From NCBI GenBank assembly GCA_905339405.1, contig CAJPGC010000039.1, positions 15,000 to 78,999 on the forward strand: a stretch of 64,000 bases of DNA. Direction: 5' to 3'. The position numbers and the translations under genes are program-made. Under the pieces are notes generated by a model that was not told the origin of the DNA, made no database searches, and was given only the letters and a program-made list of their open reading frames with translations. This stretch comes from an uncultured bacterium. GTDB lineage: Bacteria > Desulfobacterota > GWC2-55-46. Every line of letters starts with the position of its first letter. The stretch's first letter is position 1. Positions 27,725 through 37,600 of the stretch are shown here, in pieces.

Positions 27725-28075
27725 ATGTATGTCCCCCTCTTATGAGAACCGGCAATGTTAATTTGATAGCGACTGTTGCTGAATGGAAAATCCGGCCTTC
27801 GCAGGGTCTTGATAATCCATGAAGGGCGCTTCCTTATCTTCAGAGCCGCGTGTTCAGTGAAAGGGTTAATTTGCAGGAAGCATGCCAAGGAGGTTGTAAG
27901 GAGCTATTGTCAATCAAGGCGTTGAGCTTTTCAAAACGAGCCTCTGCCGCACGGCGCGCCGAGGTGCGACAGTTGTTCTTTCGTCTTGGGGGAATAAAGA
28001 TGAAAACAGGGGAAAAACAAGGAAAAACAGAGGCTTAACAGGGGTGCAAAAAAATTCGCAGGAGCAAAAAATGTC

Positions 28076-29557
28076 TCAACCCTTTTTGGGGTCGGGGTCT
28101 ACACCTTTGAGTCTCAACTGTGTGCCTGAGCTTTTCTTTTCAGGCGCTTTTCTGTTGAGGCGCTTGTTGAGGGCCTGCCGGGTTATGCCGAGAAGGGATG
28201 CCGCGATGCCCTGGTTGCCGTTGGCGAGTTCCATGGCCCGGGTTATGAGTGAGCTTTCAGCTTCACGGAGCGTGGGGAAGTGCTCGGACGAGCCGTATTG
28301 CGCACTCTCCTCGGCGGCCCTGGCCTGGGTCGCGGCCCCGAGCCTTTCCTGGCCGATTATCTCCCTGAAGCTCTCCAGCGAGAGAACCCCGCCCTTGTGC
28401 CTGGCCACGGCGTCATAGACCATCGCCTGGAGCTCTCTTACGTTGCCGGGGAAATTATATGTGGACATGAGCGTCTTGAGCTCCGGCGGAGGGGTCGGCT
28501 TTTTCTTTTTCATCGAGTGGGCCGCCTCTTCGAGGTAATAGTCGAGGAGGACGGGTATGTCGTCCATGCGCTCGCGGAGCGGCGGTATGTGTATCTGGTG
28601 GGCCCTCAGCCTGTAGTAAAGGTCCTTCCTGAAGCCGCCCTCGGCTATGAGCTTCTGGAGGTCCTGGTTGGTCGCCACGACTATCCTGACGTCGCTCTTT
28701 TTCGGGACGTCAGAGCCGAGCGGGTAGTACTTCTGCTCCTGCAGGAGGCGCAGGAGCTTTACCTGGGAGCTTTCCTTAGTGTCGCCTATCTCGTCGAGGA
28801 AGAGGGTCCCCCCGGCGGCGTACGCTATGAGCCCTTCCCTGGCGGCCTCCGCGCCCGTATAGGCCCCCTTCTTGTGGCCGAACAGAGTGTCAGAGAACAT
28901 CGTGTCGTCGAGCCCCGCGACGTTCACCGCCACGAACTCGCCCTTTTTGCCGCTTATCGCGTGGACGGCCTTCGCAAAGAGCTCCTTGCCGGTGCCGGTC
29001 TCGCCGGTTATGAGGACCGGCTGCTGGGTTGCCGCGATGACCTCGACGTACTGGAAGATGGCGCGCATCCTCTTGTTCACGGTCTTTATGGACGAGAAGG
29101 CGTCCTCGTTCTCGAGCCCGCCCATGAGGAGGTGCTCCTTCAGGTGCAGCACCTCGAGGCGGAGCGCGTGGAAGTCTACGGCCCTCCTTATGCCGGCCTC
29201 GAGCCTGCTGGGCTCGACCGGCTTCAAAATGTAATCGAAAGCCCCGGCCTTCATGCACTCCACTGCCGTCTCCAGTTCGTTGACGGCAGTGAGGATGACG
29301 ACGGGCACCATCGGGTAGTTGGCGGTTATCTCCGGCAGGAGGTCGATGCCGGAGAGCTTCGGCATGGAAAGGTCGAGGACGATTGCGGCCACTTCCTGCT
29401 TCGCGAGAAGCGGCATGACCTCGGAGCTGTCGTCCAGCGTCAGCACGTTCTTCAAGCCTGAGCTCCGGAGCATGACGCTGTAGCTCTTCAGTATCTGCGT
29501 CTCGTCGTCTACGAGCAGCACCGGAAGGGGCGTGCCTGTCTGCCTTGAAGTTCTCAT
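28076..29557 (-). CDS. Sigma-54-dependent response regulator (NtrC family: receiver, AAA+ sigma-54 interaction domain, Fis-type HTH)
   Basis: Receiver VLLVDDE..., Walker A GETGTGKE, the GAFTGA-like loop (KGAYTGA), and a C-terminal HTH (GNQGIAASLLGITRQALNKRL). Confidence 0.85.
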   Translation of the reverse strand: MRTSRQTGTPLPVLLVDDETQILKSYSVMLRSSGLKNVLTLDDSSEVMPLLAKQEVAAIVLDLSMPKLSGIDLLPEITANYPMVPVVILTAVNELETAVECMKAGAFDYILKPVEPSRLEAGIRRAVDFHALRLEVLHLKEHLLMGGLENEDAFSSIKTVNKRMRAIFQYVEVIAATQQPVLITGETGTGKELFAKAVHAISGKKGEFVAVNVAGLDDTMFSDTLFGHKKGAYTGAEAAREGLIAYAAGGTLFLDEIGDTKESSQVKLLRLLQEQKYYPLGSDVPKKSDVRIVVATNQDLQKLIAEGGFRKDLYYRLRAHQIHIPPLRERMDDIPVLLDYYLEEAAHSMKKKKPTPPPELKTLMSTYNFPGNVRELQAMVYDAVARHKGGVLSLESFREIIGQERLGAATQARAAEESAQYGSSEHFPTLREAESSLITRAMELANGNQGIAASLLGITRQALNKRLNRKAPEKKSSGTQLRLKGVDPDPKKG

Positions 29558-29653
29558 ACCATGTCCGTCCGCGGGTGAAAGGCGTTGAGGCGAAGTGGAT
29601 ATTTTACAAGTTAACTTGAGAAAGTAAACACTTTAGTTTACGCCCTTTTTCAA

Positions 29654-29695
29654 AAAAAATCCCTTTGCCCTGAAAGGGGAAAGGGATTTTCTCCG
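29654..29695. terminator. Probable terminator hairpin (ATCCCTTTGCCC-TGAA-AGGGGAAAGGGAT, one mismatch) with flanking A/T runs, downstream of the hybrid kinase gene
   Basis: Read directly; the stem is imperfect. Confidence 0.4.
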
Positions 29696-29714
29696 GAAGC
29701 GCGTCAAAAGCGGC

Positions 29715-32624
29715 CTATATCACCATCCTCGAAACCGCCTCGCTCAGCTCGTCGAGCGTAAAAGGTTTTTTGAGTGACGGGTTGCCGACCTCTTCAAGGA
29801 AGGCCAGTGTCTCGGAGCCCATGCTGTCGCCGGATATGAAGATTATCTTCCTGAGCGCCTCTGGGCATATCTTCTCGACCTCCCTGTAGAAGCCCTTGCC
29901 CCCGAGCCCTGGCATCTTTATGTCGCTTATGATGAGGTTGTAGCTCTCCTCCGATATCCTTTTCAAGGCTTCCTCCGCAGAGGAGCATTTGTCCACTTCG
30001 AAACCGAATCCGGAGAGCGAGTCGGCCAGCAGGTCCAGGACTATGGCCTCGTCGTCAAGGACGAGGGCCTTCATGTCTTCGACGCTCACCCTGTCCTGGC
30101 GGGCAGCGGCGCAGGGCACTCCGTAGCAGAACCCGTCCTCCTCCATGACCGGCAGTTCCACCACGAAGGTGGTCCCTATCCGCGGCCTGCTCGAGGCGTA
30201 TATGTTGCCGCCGTGCTCGTTTATTATGCCGTAGGAGATGCTGAGGCCCAGCCCCGTGCCCTTGCCGACGTCCTTCGTGGTGAAGAAAGGGTCGAAGAGC
30301 CTGTTGGCCACTTCATCCGAGAAGCCCTTGCCGGTGTCGGTTATGCTGACCATTATCTTCCCTGATGCGAGCCTGCTGGTTATCTCTATCCGGCCGCTGG
30401 GCCCCTTCTCCCTGATGGCGTCCCTGGCGTTGTTTATGAGGTTCAAAAAGACCTGCTGTATCTGGCTGGCGTCCACCATAGTGCCCGGGACGTCCGCTCC
30501 GAGGTCGAGCTTCATCTCAATGTTGTCCATGCTGAGCTGGTAGGCCCTGAACTCGATGCTTTCCCTTATTATCCTGTTGATGTCGTCGTACTTCTTCTCC
30601 GGCCTCTTCCACCTGGCGAACGTCAAAAGGTTCTCGATTATCTTCTTGCACCTGTGGGAGGCGTCGTTTATCTTGCGTAGCTTCGAGTCAGCGCTCTCGC
30701 CGAGCCTTTCCTCCATGAGGAGCTCGGAGAAGCACATTATTCCGGTAAGCGGGTTATTCAGCTCGTGCGCCACGCCCGAGACGAGCTCGCCGAGGGAGGA
30801 GAGCTTGTCCGACTGGATGAGCTTTTGCGTAAGGAGCCTTTTTTCCGTGACGTCCTGTATGTAGACGACCGCGCTCCTGGGCTCTGCCCCGTCTCCGGGC
30901 GCCATCGGGTAGGACTGCCATACCAGCACCTTGCCCTCCGGCGTCGTCATCTCGAATTCAGCCGGGGTGAGCGTGTCGATGGACCTCCTTATGGGGCAGC
31001 TGCCGTTCAGCGGCGGGACCGCTCCGAAGACCTCGTATATGCCCCTTCCGGTGACCGACTGCTCTGTGAGGCCCGCGGTCTCGAGGAAATGCCTGTTGGC
31101 CTCGAGTATTGAGTAGTCGTAACCGACCTGCAGCACATAATCGCGTATGCTGTCGTATATGAGCCTCAACTTGTTTTTGGCGGCCTTGAGCTCCTCTTCC
31201 TCCCGAGTGATGGTCCTGTTGGCCTTCTGGAGCTCCAGGTTCTTGCGGTCGAGGTCCTCGTTGAGGAGCTTCAGTTCCTCGTTTATGGCGTGCAGCTCCT
31301 CGGTCTGGCTCTGCGTCTCCTCGTAGGCTATCTCGAGCTCCTCGTTGGCTACCCTCAGGTTTTCATTGAGCCCCGCCAGGGCCTGCCCCTTCTGCTCGAT
31401 CTCCTTCAGGTACCTGCCTTTCTCGTTCTCCCTCAAGTTGACGTCGTCCATCATCTTGTTGAAGCTGGCTGCCAGGACCGTGAGCTCGTCCCCCCTGCCC
31501 CTGTAGCCCCCGAACTCGACGAGGTCTATGCGCGCGTCGAAATCCCCCGAGCCGAAAGCCGCGAGCTTCTCCTTGAGCTCCTTCAGGGGCCTGGTTATCC
31601 TCCGGGCGGATATGAGAGCGGCGAGTATCGAGAAGCTCAGCCCCAGGAGCGTTACGACCGCGACCGCCCTCTGGTTGCCTTTCTGGATGGTCCAGGTCTT
31701 CTCCTTGGAGAGCCCCACGTCCAGCGAGCCGATGACATTGCCCTTGTAGTCCTTTATGGGCTCGAACATCGATATGAGGGTCAGCCCCTTTATGCTCCAT
31801 TCGGCGAAAGCGCTCCTGCCGCCCTCGATGAGCGAGCTTACCTCACCGTCGACGGCGGTCCCCCTGAACGTGCCGGCCCCGGGCGCGGACAGGTTGGTAG
31901 CTATCCTCGTGCCGCCTGCGGTTATCGTAGTAAAAAGTCCGGGCAGCTTGTACGAGACCATGTCAGGGACGAAGCTGTCGTTGTTCAGCACGTCTGCAGT
32001 CACTATGGCCCCTATGGCCCTTTGCCTGTCGTCCAGCACCGGCGTGACGACGGTCAGGGCCAGGACGTCGGCTTTGGCCCCGGAGCCCATGCCGTCGGGC
32101 AGGGCCGCCATCTCGGAGATGCTGTTGCCTTCGAGCCTTATGACCTCTTCCGGGATGACTTCCGTTGAAACCTGAGGCCTCTTGGAATCCATGGCGTGCT
32201 GGACGAGTCCGCCCAGGAGGAGCTTGTCCCCGCTGAACTGGCTGTTTATCCTTGAGATGACCCGGCCGCTTCCGTCAGTGACGGCCCAGATGTCGACGTA
32301 GGGCCTCATCTGGCTCCACTGGGTCATGACTTTGCGCAGGTACTCGACGTCCCCCCTTGCGACGGCCTTTTTTATCTCCTCCATCGAAGAGGCCTGCAGC
32401 ATGCCGTAGCGCATCTGCTCGCCCCTTATGTAGTACTCGGTCCAGGCCGCCTTCATGCCGTTTGAAACTTCGGCGCGCGCGTGTTCCATCAACCGGGTGT
32501 CTATGACCTTGTATGAGACTATGGCCAGGAGCAGCATGGGCGCGAGCACGACCAATACGAAGATGGCCGTCAGCTTGAAACCGACCGGCATTGACGAGAA
32601 GAGCTTCAAAGGTGATTTTCCCAT
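29715..32624 (-). CDS. Hybrid sensor histidine kinase (TM, periplasmic Cache-like domain, HAMP, coiled coil, PAS, HisKA, HATPase_c, C-terminal receiver)
   Basis: HAMP (RPLKELKEKLAAFGSGDFDARI), H-box GVAHELNNPLTGI, G-boxes, and a C-terminal receiver (KALVLDDEAIVLD...NLIISDIKMPGLGG). Its start overlaps the cheR stop by 1 nt (TAATG). Confidence 0.8.
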   Translation of the reverse strand: MGKSPLKLFSSMPVGFKLTAIFVLVVLAPMLLLAIVSYKVIDTRLMEHARAEVSNGMKAAWTEYYIRGEQMRYGMLQASSMEEIKKAVARGDVEYLRKVMTQWSQMRPYVDIWAVTDGSGRVISRINSQFSGDKLLLGGLVQHAMDSKRPQVSTEVIPEEVIRLEGNSISEMAALPDGMGSGAKADVLALTVVTPVLDDRQRAIGAIVTADVLNNDSFVPDMVSYKLPGLFTTITAGGTRIATNLSAPGAGTFRGTAVDGEVSSLIEGGRSAFAEWSIKGLTLISMFEPIKDYKGNVIGSLDVGLSKEKTWTIQKGNQRAVAVVTLLGLSFSILAALISARRITRPLKELKEKLAAFGSGDFDARIDLVEFGGYRGRGDELTVLAASFNKMMDDVNLRENEKGRYLKEIEQKGQALAGLNENLRVANEELEIAYEETQSQTEELHAINEELKLLNEDLDRKNLELQKANRTITREEEELKAAKNKLRLIYDSIRDYVLQVGYDYSILEANRHFLETAGLTEQSVTGRGIYEVFGAVPPLNGSCPIRRSIDTLTPAEFEMTTPEGKVLVWQSYPMAPGDGAEPRSAVVYIQDVTEKRLLTQKLIQSDKLSSLGELVSGVAHELNNPLTGIMCFSELLMEERLGESADSKLRKINDASHRCKKIIENLLTFARWKRPEKKYDDINRIIRESIEFRAYQLSMDNIEMKLDLGADVPGTMVDASQIQQVFLNLINNARDAIREKGPSGRIEITSRLASGKIMVSITDTGKGFSDEVANRLFDPFFTTKDVGKGTGLGLSISYGIINEHGGNIYASSRPRIGTTFVVELPVMEEDGFCYGVPCAAARQDRVSVEDMKALVLDDEAIVLDLLADSLSGFGFEVDKCSSAEEALKRISEESYNLIISDIKMPGLGGKGFYREVEKICPEALRKIIFISGDSMGSETLAFLEEVGNPSLKKPFTLDELSEAVSRMVI

Positions 32625-33448
32625 TATCCTTTTTTCCTGAAGAGATTTAACCCCTTGCCAACCGGGGCGTACCCGGGCATGAACTGCTGAGGGAGCACCT
32701 CGGCCCTGCCGAGCGCCAGCAGTCCGCCGGGCCTCAATGCGTAGTCGAGCTTCTGAAACACTTTCTCCTGGAGCGGCTTGCCGAAATATATGAACAGGTT
32801 CCTGCAGACCACCAGCTGCATGCCGGAAAGCGGCGTGGACTGCACGATGTCCAGCGTACCGAACTTCACCAGGTTCCTTATGGCGTACTTTACCTTGTGC
32901 TGGCCGTCCTTCTGGATGAAATAACGCTCCATCATCTCCGGCGGGACGTTCAGCATCGAATCGATCCTGTATGTAGCGCGCCTGGCCTGCTCAAGCGCAT
33001 CCGGGTCTATGTCAGTTGCAAAGACTTTCGCCTTGACGAGCGCGTCCATGCCCAGGCATTCGGAAAGCAGCATCGCGACAGAATAAGGCTCCTCCCCGCA
33101 GGCGCACCCGCAGCACCACGCGCGTACGTGGGTGCCGCAAAACTCGTTTCTCAAGACTTCGGCGACGGCCGCGAAGACCTCGGGCTCCCTGAAGAACTCG
33201 CTGACCTTTATCGTTATGCTGGAGAACAGGCGGGAGTACTCCTGCGGGTCGCTGTCGAGAAGGCGCTCGTATTCGCTTATGGAGGTGCCGCTGGCCTGGA
33301 GCCTCTTGGAGATGCGCCTCAAGAGCGTCATCTTCTTGTAGCCGCGAAAATCCCAGCCGCGTTCGGCGTATATCTTCTCGAGCAGGGCCGGGAGACCCTG
33401 CTCGATACCGGCGTTCGCCTCGTTGCGGAAAATGGAAAGAACATTCAT
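32624..33448 (-). CDS. cheR: CheR-type protein-glutamate O-methyltransferase
   Basis: SEFFREPEVFAAV..., the SAM-binding region VRAWCCGCACGEEPYSVAMLL, and ATDIDPDAL...LVVCRNLFIYF are CheR signatures. Start chosen at the internal MNVLSIF; the ORF track extends to 33490. Confidence 0.8.
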   Translation of the reverse strand: MNVLSIFRNEANAGIEQGLPALLEKIYAERGWDFRGYKKMTLLRRISKRLQASGTSISEYERLLDSDPQEYSRLFSSITIKVSEFFREPEVFAAVAEVLRNEFCGTHVRAWCCGCACGEEPYSVAMLLSECLGMDALVKAKVFATDIDPDALEQARRATYRIDSMLNVPPEMMERYFIQKDGQHKVKYAIRNLVKFGTLDIVQSTPLSGMQLVVCRNLFIYFGKPLQEKVFQKLDYALRPGGLLALGRAEVLPQQFMPGYAPVGKGLNLFRKKG

Positions 33449-33600
33449 GCTGCACCAGGGATGATGAAGAGGCCCATGGATTTGTAACAATTCTAATTTA
33501 GGTAACGCTCTCTTATAGCACGCTACAATCCTTTTATCAACAGGTTATTGAAAAATAATGCCGGTTTTATGCTTATTCTCAAAAAAACGGCACTTCTGCT

Positions 33601-36600
33601 ATGCTGAAGCATATGGAAATCCCGGGCCTCATCAAAAGCGTGAAGGTCAACGTCAAAGCAAGGGACCACGAGTCGGTCTTGAAAGAGATGTTCACGGGTC
33701 TACTGGCGGAGGGCGGGCCAAAGACCTTCCGCGACCTCGAGGTTCACGAGAGCTCGGAAGGCGCCCTGGCCGGGACAGGCGGGGCCATATTCCATTGTTT
33801 CGCGGAAGAGGCGGAAAACACGGTCATAGCCCTGGGGACGACGAAAAAGGCCGTCTCCCGCAAAGGGGGCAAAGGGGCTGCCAGGGTATTTTTCGTCATA
33901 GTCTCGCCCATGAGGGAGAGCGGCACCCATATGCAGCTCCTCTCAAGGCTCGAGGCCCTTCTCCTTGACAGGGCCTTCACGCACGCGGTCCTGGCGGCCT
34001 CGACTCCGGAAGAGGCGAGAAGGGCCGTGAAATGGGCGGAGGGGTCGTCAAAAGCGCTGTACTTGCCGCTGGAAAAAGACGAAGTGCTCTCCGAGCTCGG
34101 CACCTCTGACAAAGGCCTTTCTCATGAAGAAGCCGCCAGCAGGCTCGGACAGACAGGGCCGAACACGATAAAAGGGGTAAGGGGCCGCAGGCTCCATAAA
34201 GACCTCGCCAAAAACCTCTTCTTCAACCTTTTCGCGGCCCTACTCTGGGCGGGCGGGCTCATGTCGTTCATCGCGGGCATGCCCGAGCTCGCCTCGGCCA
34301 TCTTCCTGGTCATAGTCATAAACGCCGTCTTCAGCTTCATACAGGAGTACAAGGCGGAAAGGGCAGTCGAGGCGCTCACAAAGCTTCTGCCCCTTCGCGT
34401 AAAGGCCATACGGGGCGGAAAAGAAGTAGAGGTAGAAGCGGCGGGGCTCGTGCCCGGCGACCTCGTGAAGCTGTCCGAAGGCGGCCAGATACCGGCTGAC
34501 GGCAGGCTCATCTCATCTGACGACCTGAAGGTCGACAATTCTGCCCTTACGGGAGAATCAAGGCCGGTCTGGAAGACCGCCGGGCCCATTGAGGCCGGTC
34601 GCGAGTTCAACTGGATAGAGTTGCCCAACATGGCTTTCGCCGGGACCGGGGTCGCCTCCGGCGCCGGTACGCTGGTCGTCACCGCCACCGGCATGGATAC
34701 CGAAATAGGCTCTCTCGCCTCGCTTACACAGGCGATAAAAAACGAGGAAAGCCCTCTTCAAAAAGAGATATCCCGCCTCACTAAGACAGTAACGCTCATC
34801 GCCGTCGTCCTCGGCGCGCTCTTTTTCCTCCTCGGCTGGCGCTTCGGCGGGCTCACCCTTGCTGGAAGCTTCATCTTCGCCATCGGCATAATCGTCGCGA
34901 ACGTGCCCGAGGGGCTGCTGCCTACAGTCTCGCTGTCGCTGGCGATGGGCGTGCAGAGGATGGCCTCCCGCAGGGCCATCGTAAAGAAACTCTCCTCCGT
35001 CGAAACGCTCGGCTCCGCCTCCGTCATCTGCACGGACAAGACGGGAACGCTCACCGAGAACAGGATGTCGGTAACCGAGGTCTACACCGGCGGGAGGACC
35101 TTCTCAGTAAAAGGCGACGGATACGCCCCTGAAGGCTCGTTCTTTTTCGAAGGCAGGGACCTGGGCGGAGATGATTTTACCGCCACTGGAATAAGAGAGA
35201 TGCTGGAGATAACGGCCCTGTGCAATAACGCCCGCCTCAACGCCCCCGGCTCCACTTCAGGCGAATGGACGGTATCCGGCGACCCTACCGAAGGCGCGCT
35301 CCTCTCGGCGGCCGCAAGGGCCGGGGTTGACCTCGATAGGCTCATTGAAGCCAACCCCAGGGCCGGCCACATCCCTTTCGAGAGGATAAGAAAGAGGATG
35401 ACGACCATCCACGGGAACGGAATGAGGCTGGCGGGCGGCTTAAAAAGAGTCGCCCTTACGAAAGGCGCGCCAAAAGAGGTCCTCTCACGCTGCGATTTCA
35501 TCCGCGTCGACGGCAAGACCGTCCCCCTTACCGAAGATGCGCGCTCATCGATACTCTCGAAGAACGACTCAATGGCGGCCAGCGGGCTCCGCGTCCTGGC
35601 GGCGGCTTTCGGCCCGGCGGATGACGAAGGCCCTTATGAAGCCGAACGGGTCGAAAAAGGGCTGACCTTCTCCGGGCTCGCGGCCATGCGGGACCCGTTG
35701 AGGCCCGAGGTGAAGCGGGCCGTCGAGGAATGCGCGAGCGCGGGCATAAAAATAATAATGATGACCGGAGACTACGGCATAACGGCCAGGACGATAGCCA
35801 GCGAGGCCGGCATAGCCGCCGGAAGGACAGTGACCGGCGAAGAGCTCTCCAGGATGAGCGGCAGGGAGCTCAAGAAAGCTCTGAAGGGGGAGGTCCTCTT
35901 CGCGAGGGTAGCTCCTCAGGACAAACTCCGTGTCGTGGCCGCCCTGCAGGAGAACGGCGAGACCGTCGCCGTCACCGGAGACGGGGTAAACGACGCCCCT
36001 GCACTCAAGAAGGCCGACATAGGCATAGCGATGGGCCGGCGCGGCAGTGACGTCGCGAAGGGGTCGGCGGACATGATACTCACTGACGACAACTTCGCCT
36101 CCATAGTGGAGGCGGTGCGCGAAGGGCGGGCCGTATACTCGAACATCAGAAAGTTCGTCACCTACATCTTCGCCAGCAACGTCCCGGAGATGGTCCCGTT
36201 CATAGCCTTCGTACTCCTCAAGATACCGCTGCCGCTCACGATAATGCAGATACTTGCCGTAGACCTCGGGACAGACGTCCTCCCTGCCCTCGGGCTCGGT
36301 GCCGAACCTCCGGAGCCCGGCATAATGAAAGAGCCGCCAAGGCCCAGGGGCAAAAGACTCCTCGACTTCAGGACCCTGTCCAGGGCCTATCTTTTCCTCG
36401 GCCTCATCGAGGCGGCCCTGGCGATGTCGGCCTTCTTCTTCCTGTACTGGATGAGAGGGTGGACGCCCGGAGAGCCGATGGCGGATACGGGGGCCGTGTA
36501 CATGGCCGCCACGACGATGACCTTCGCTGCGATAGTCGCGGCCCAGATAGGCAACGTCATGGCGTGCAGGACCTCGAAAGAGCCGGTCTTCAAGGCCGGA

Positions 36601-36795
36601 CTCCTCAAAAACCGTCTCATCCTGGCCGGGATAGCCCTTGAGGCGGCGCTCGTCATCGTCCTTACGTACACTCCTCTCAGATCGGTCTTCAACCTCCACC
36701 CGTTGAGGCCCGTTGAATGGGCCTTTCTCCTCTCTTTCCCATTCATAGTTCTTCTGGCGGAAGAGGCAAGGAAGGCGTTTGGCAGGCGGGCCTAA
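33601..36795 (+). CDS. P2-type cation-transporting P-type ATPase with an N-terminal PTS EIIA(Ntr)/PtsN-like domain fused
   Basis: The N-terminal roughly 150 aa align with PtsN (GTGGAIFH versus GNGIAIPH; VFFVIVSPMRESGTHMQLLSRLEALLLD versus LLFALLVPADQTKTHLHTLSLVAKRLAD). The ATPase core carries PEGLLPTV, ICTDKTGTLT, KGAPKEVL and TGDGVNDAPAL, with about 10 TM segments. Confidence 0.85.
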   Translation: MLKHMEIPGLIKSVKVNVKARDHESVLKEMFTGLLAEGGPKTFRDLEVHESSEGALAGTGGAIFHCFAEEAENTVIALGTTKKAVSRKGGKGAARVFFVIVSPMRESGTHMQLLSRLEALLLDRAFTHAVLAASTPEEARRAVKWAEGSSKALYLPLEKDEVLSELGTSDKGLSHEEAASRLGQTGPNTIKGVRGRRLHKDLAKNLFFNLFAALLWAGGLMSFIAGMPELASAIFLVIVINAVFSFIQEYKAERAVEALTKLLPLRVKAIRGGKEVEVEAAGLVPGDLVKLSEGGQIPADGRLISSDDLKVDNSALTGESRPVWKTAGPIEAGREFNWIELPNMAFAGTGVASGAGTLVVTATGMDTEIGSLASLTQAIKNEESPLQKEISRLTKTVTLIAVVLGALFFLLGWRFGGLTLAGSFIFAIGIIVANVPEGLLPTVSLSLAMGVQRMASRRAIVKKLSSVETLGSASVICTDKTGTLTENRMSVTEVYTGGRTFSVKGDGYAPEGSFFFEGRDLGGDDFTATGIREMLEITALCNNARLNAPGSTSGEWTVSGDPTEGALLSAAARAGVDLDRLIEANPRAGHIPFERIRKRMTTIHGNGMRLAGGLKRVALTKGAPKEVLSRCDFIRVDGKTVPLTEDARSSILSKNDSMAASGLRVLAAAFGPADDEGPYEAERVEKGLTFSGLAAMRDPLRPEVKRAVEECASAGIKIIMMTGDYGITARTIASEAGIAAGRTVTGEELSRMSGRELKKALKGEVLFARVAPQDKLRVVAALQENGETVAVTGDGVNDAPALKKADIGIAMGRRGSDVAKGSADMILTDDNFASIVEAVREGRAVYSNIRKFVTYIFASNVPEMVPFIAFVLLKIPLPLTIMQILAVDLGTDVLPALGLGAEPPEPGIMKEPPRPRGKRLLDFRTLSRAYLFLGLIEAALAMSAFFFLYWMRGWTPGEPMADTGAVYMAATTMTFAAIVAAQIGNVMACRTSKEPVFKAGLLKNRLILAGIALEAALVIVLTYTPLRSVFNLHPLRPVEWAFLLSFPFIVLLAEEARKAFGRRA

Positions 36796-36844
36796 AAAAC
36801 TTGAATAAAAGCATACCCCTGCGATATCATGAAAGATAAATGGA

Positions 36845-37351
36845 ATGGAGCGGGATATGCAGACACAGACACAGAAAAAACCACCGGTCACGATAGTGCT
36901 TTTCAGCGGCGAGCTGGACAAGGCGATGGCCGCCTTTGTAATAGCCACGGCCGCCGCCTCGATGGGCATGACCGTCAACATCTTTTTCACCTTCTGGGGG
37001 CTCAACGTCATAAAAAAGAAGGGCGGCCTCATAAAAGGGCAGAACTGGATGCAGAAGATGCTCAACGTGGTCAACTACGGACACGCCAGGAAACTCGCCC
37101 TCTCCAAGCTCAACATGATGGGCATGGGCCCGGTGATGCTCAAGGAGATGATGTCGCAAAAGCGCGTCCCCTCGCTCGACGAGTTCATAAAGACCGCGAA
37201 GACCCTGGGCGTCAGGTTCTATCCGTGCGAGATGAGCATGACCGTGATGGGCCTTAAAAAAGAGGACTTCATAGACGAATGCGACGAGATCATCGGCGCT
37301 GTAAGCTATCTGTCCGTTGCGAAAGATTCGAACATAAACCTGTTCATATGA
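36845..37351 (+). CDS. DsrE/DsrF-like (YrkE-type) sulfur-relay family protein
   Basis: VTIVLFSGELDKAMAAFVIATAAASMGMTVNIFFTFWGL is the DsrE-like fold signature, and the gene is immediately followed by a TusA gene. This is the typical DsrE2–TusA pairing. Confidence 0.55.
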   Translation: MERDMQTQTQKKPPVTIVLFSGELDKAMAAFVIATAAASMGMTVNIFFTFWGLNVIKKKGGLIKGQNWMQKMLNVVNYGHARKLALSKLNMMGMGPVMLKEMMSQKRVPSLDEFIKTAKTLGVRFYPCEMSMTVMGLKKEDFIDECDEIIGAVSYLSVAKDSNINLFI

Positions 37352-37359
37352 GGTAAGAG

Positions 37360-37593
37360 ATGGACTTCACTGCAGACAAGACGCTGGACGCAAGGGGCCT
37401 TTCGTGCCCCATGCCCTCGGTCAAGACGGCCCTCGCCCTAGAGGCGATGGAAGAGGGGAAGGTGCTTCTGGTGCTGACGGACGACCCTGTCTCGAGAAAG
37501 GACCTCCCGGTGTGGGCCCAGTCCACGGGCAACACCCTCCTGGGGGTCGAGGAAGAAGGGGCCACCATAAAGATATTCCTCAAAAAGGGATAA
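37360..37593 (+). CDS. tusA: TusA-family sulfurtransferase
   Basis: 77 aa with the CPxP active-site motif (LDARGLSCPMP) and the TusA two-layer fold pattern. Confidence 0.8.
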   Translation: MDFTADKTLDARGLSCPMPSVKTALALEAMEEGKVLLVLTDDPVSRKDLPVWAQSTGNTLLGVEEEGATIKIFLKKG

Positions 37594-37600
37594 TGCGCCG

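Noticed and set aside
33490-33600. Sigma-54 promoter-like string CGGCACTTCTGCT upstream of the EIIA–ATPase gene
   Set aside because: The GG–GC spacing is about 3 nt shorter than the -24/-12 consensus (TGGCACG-N4-TTGC).
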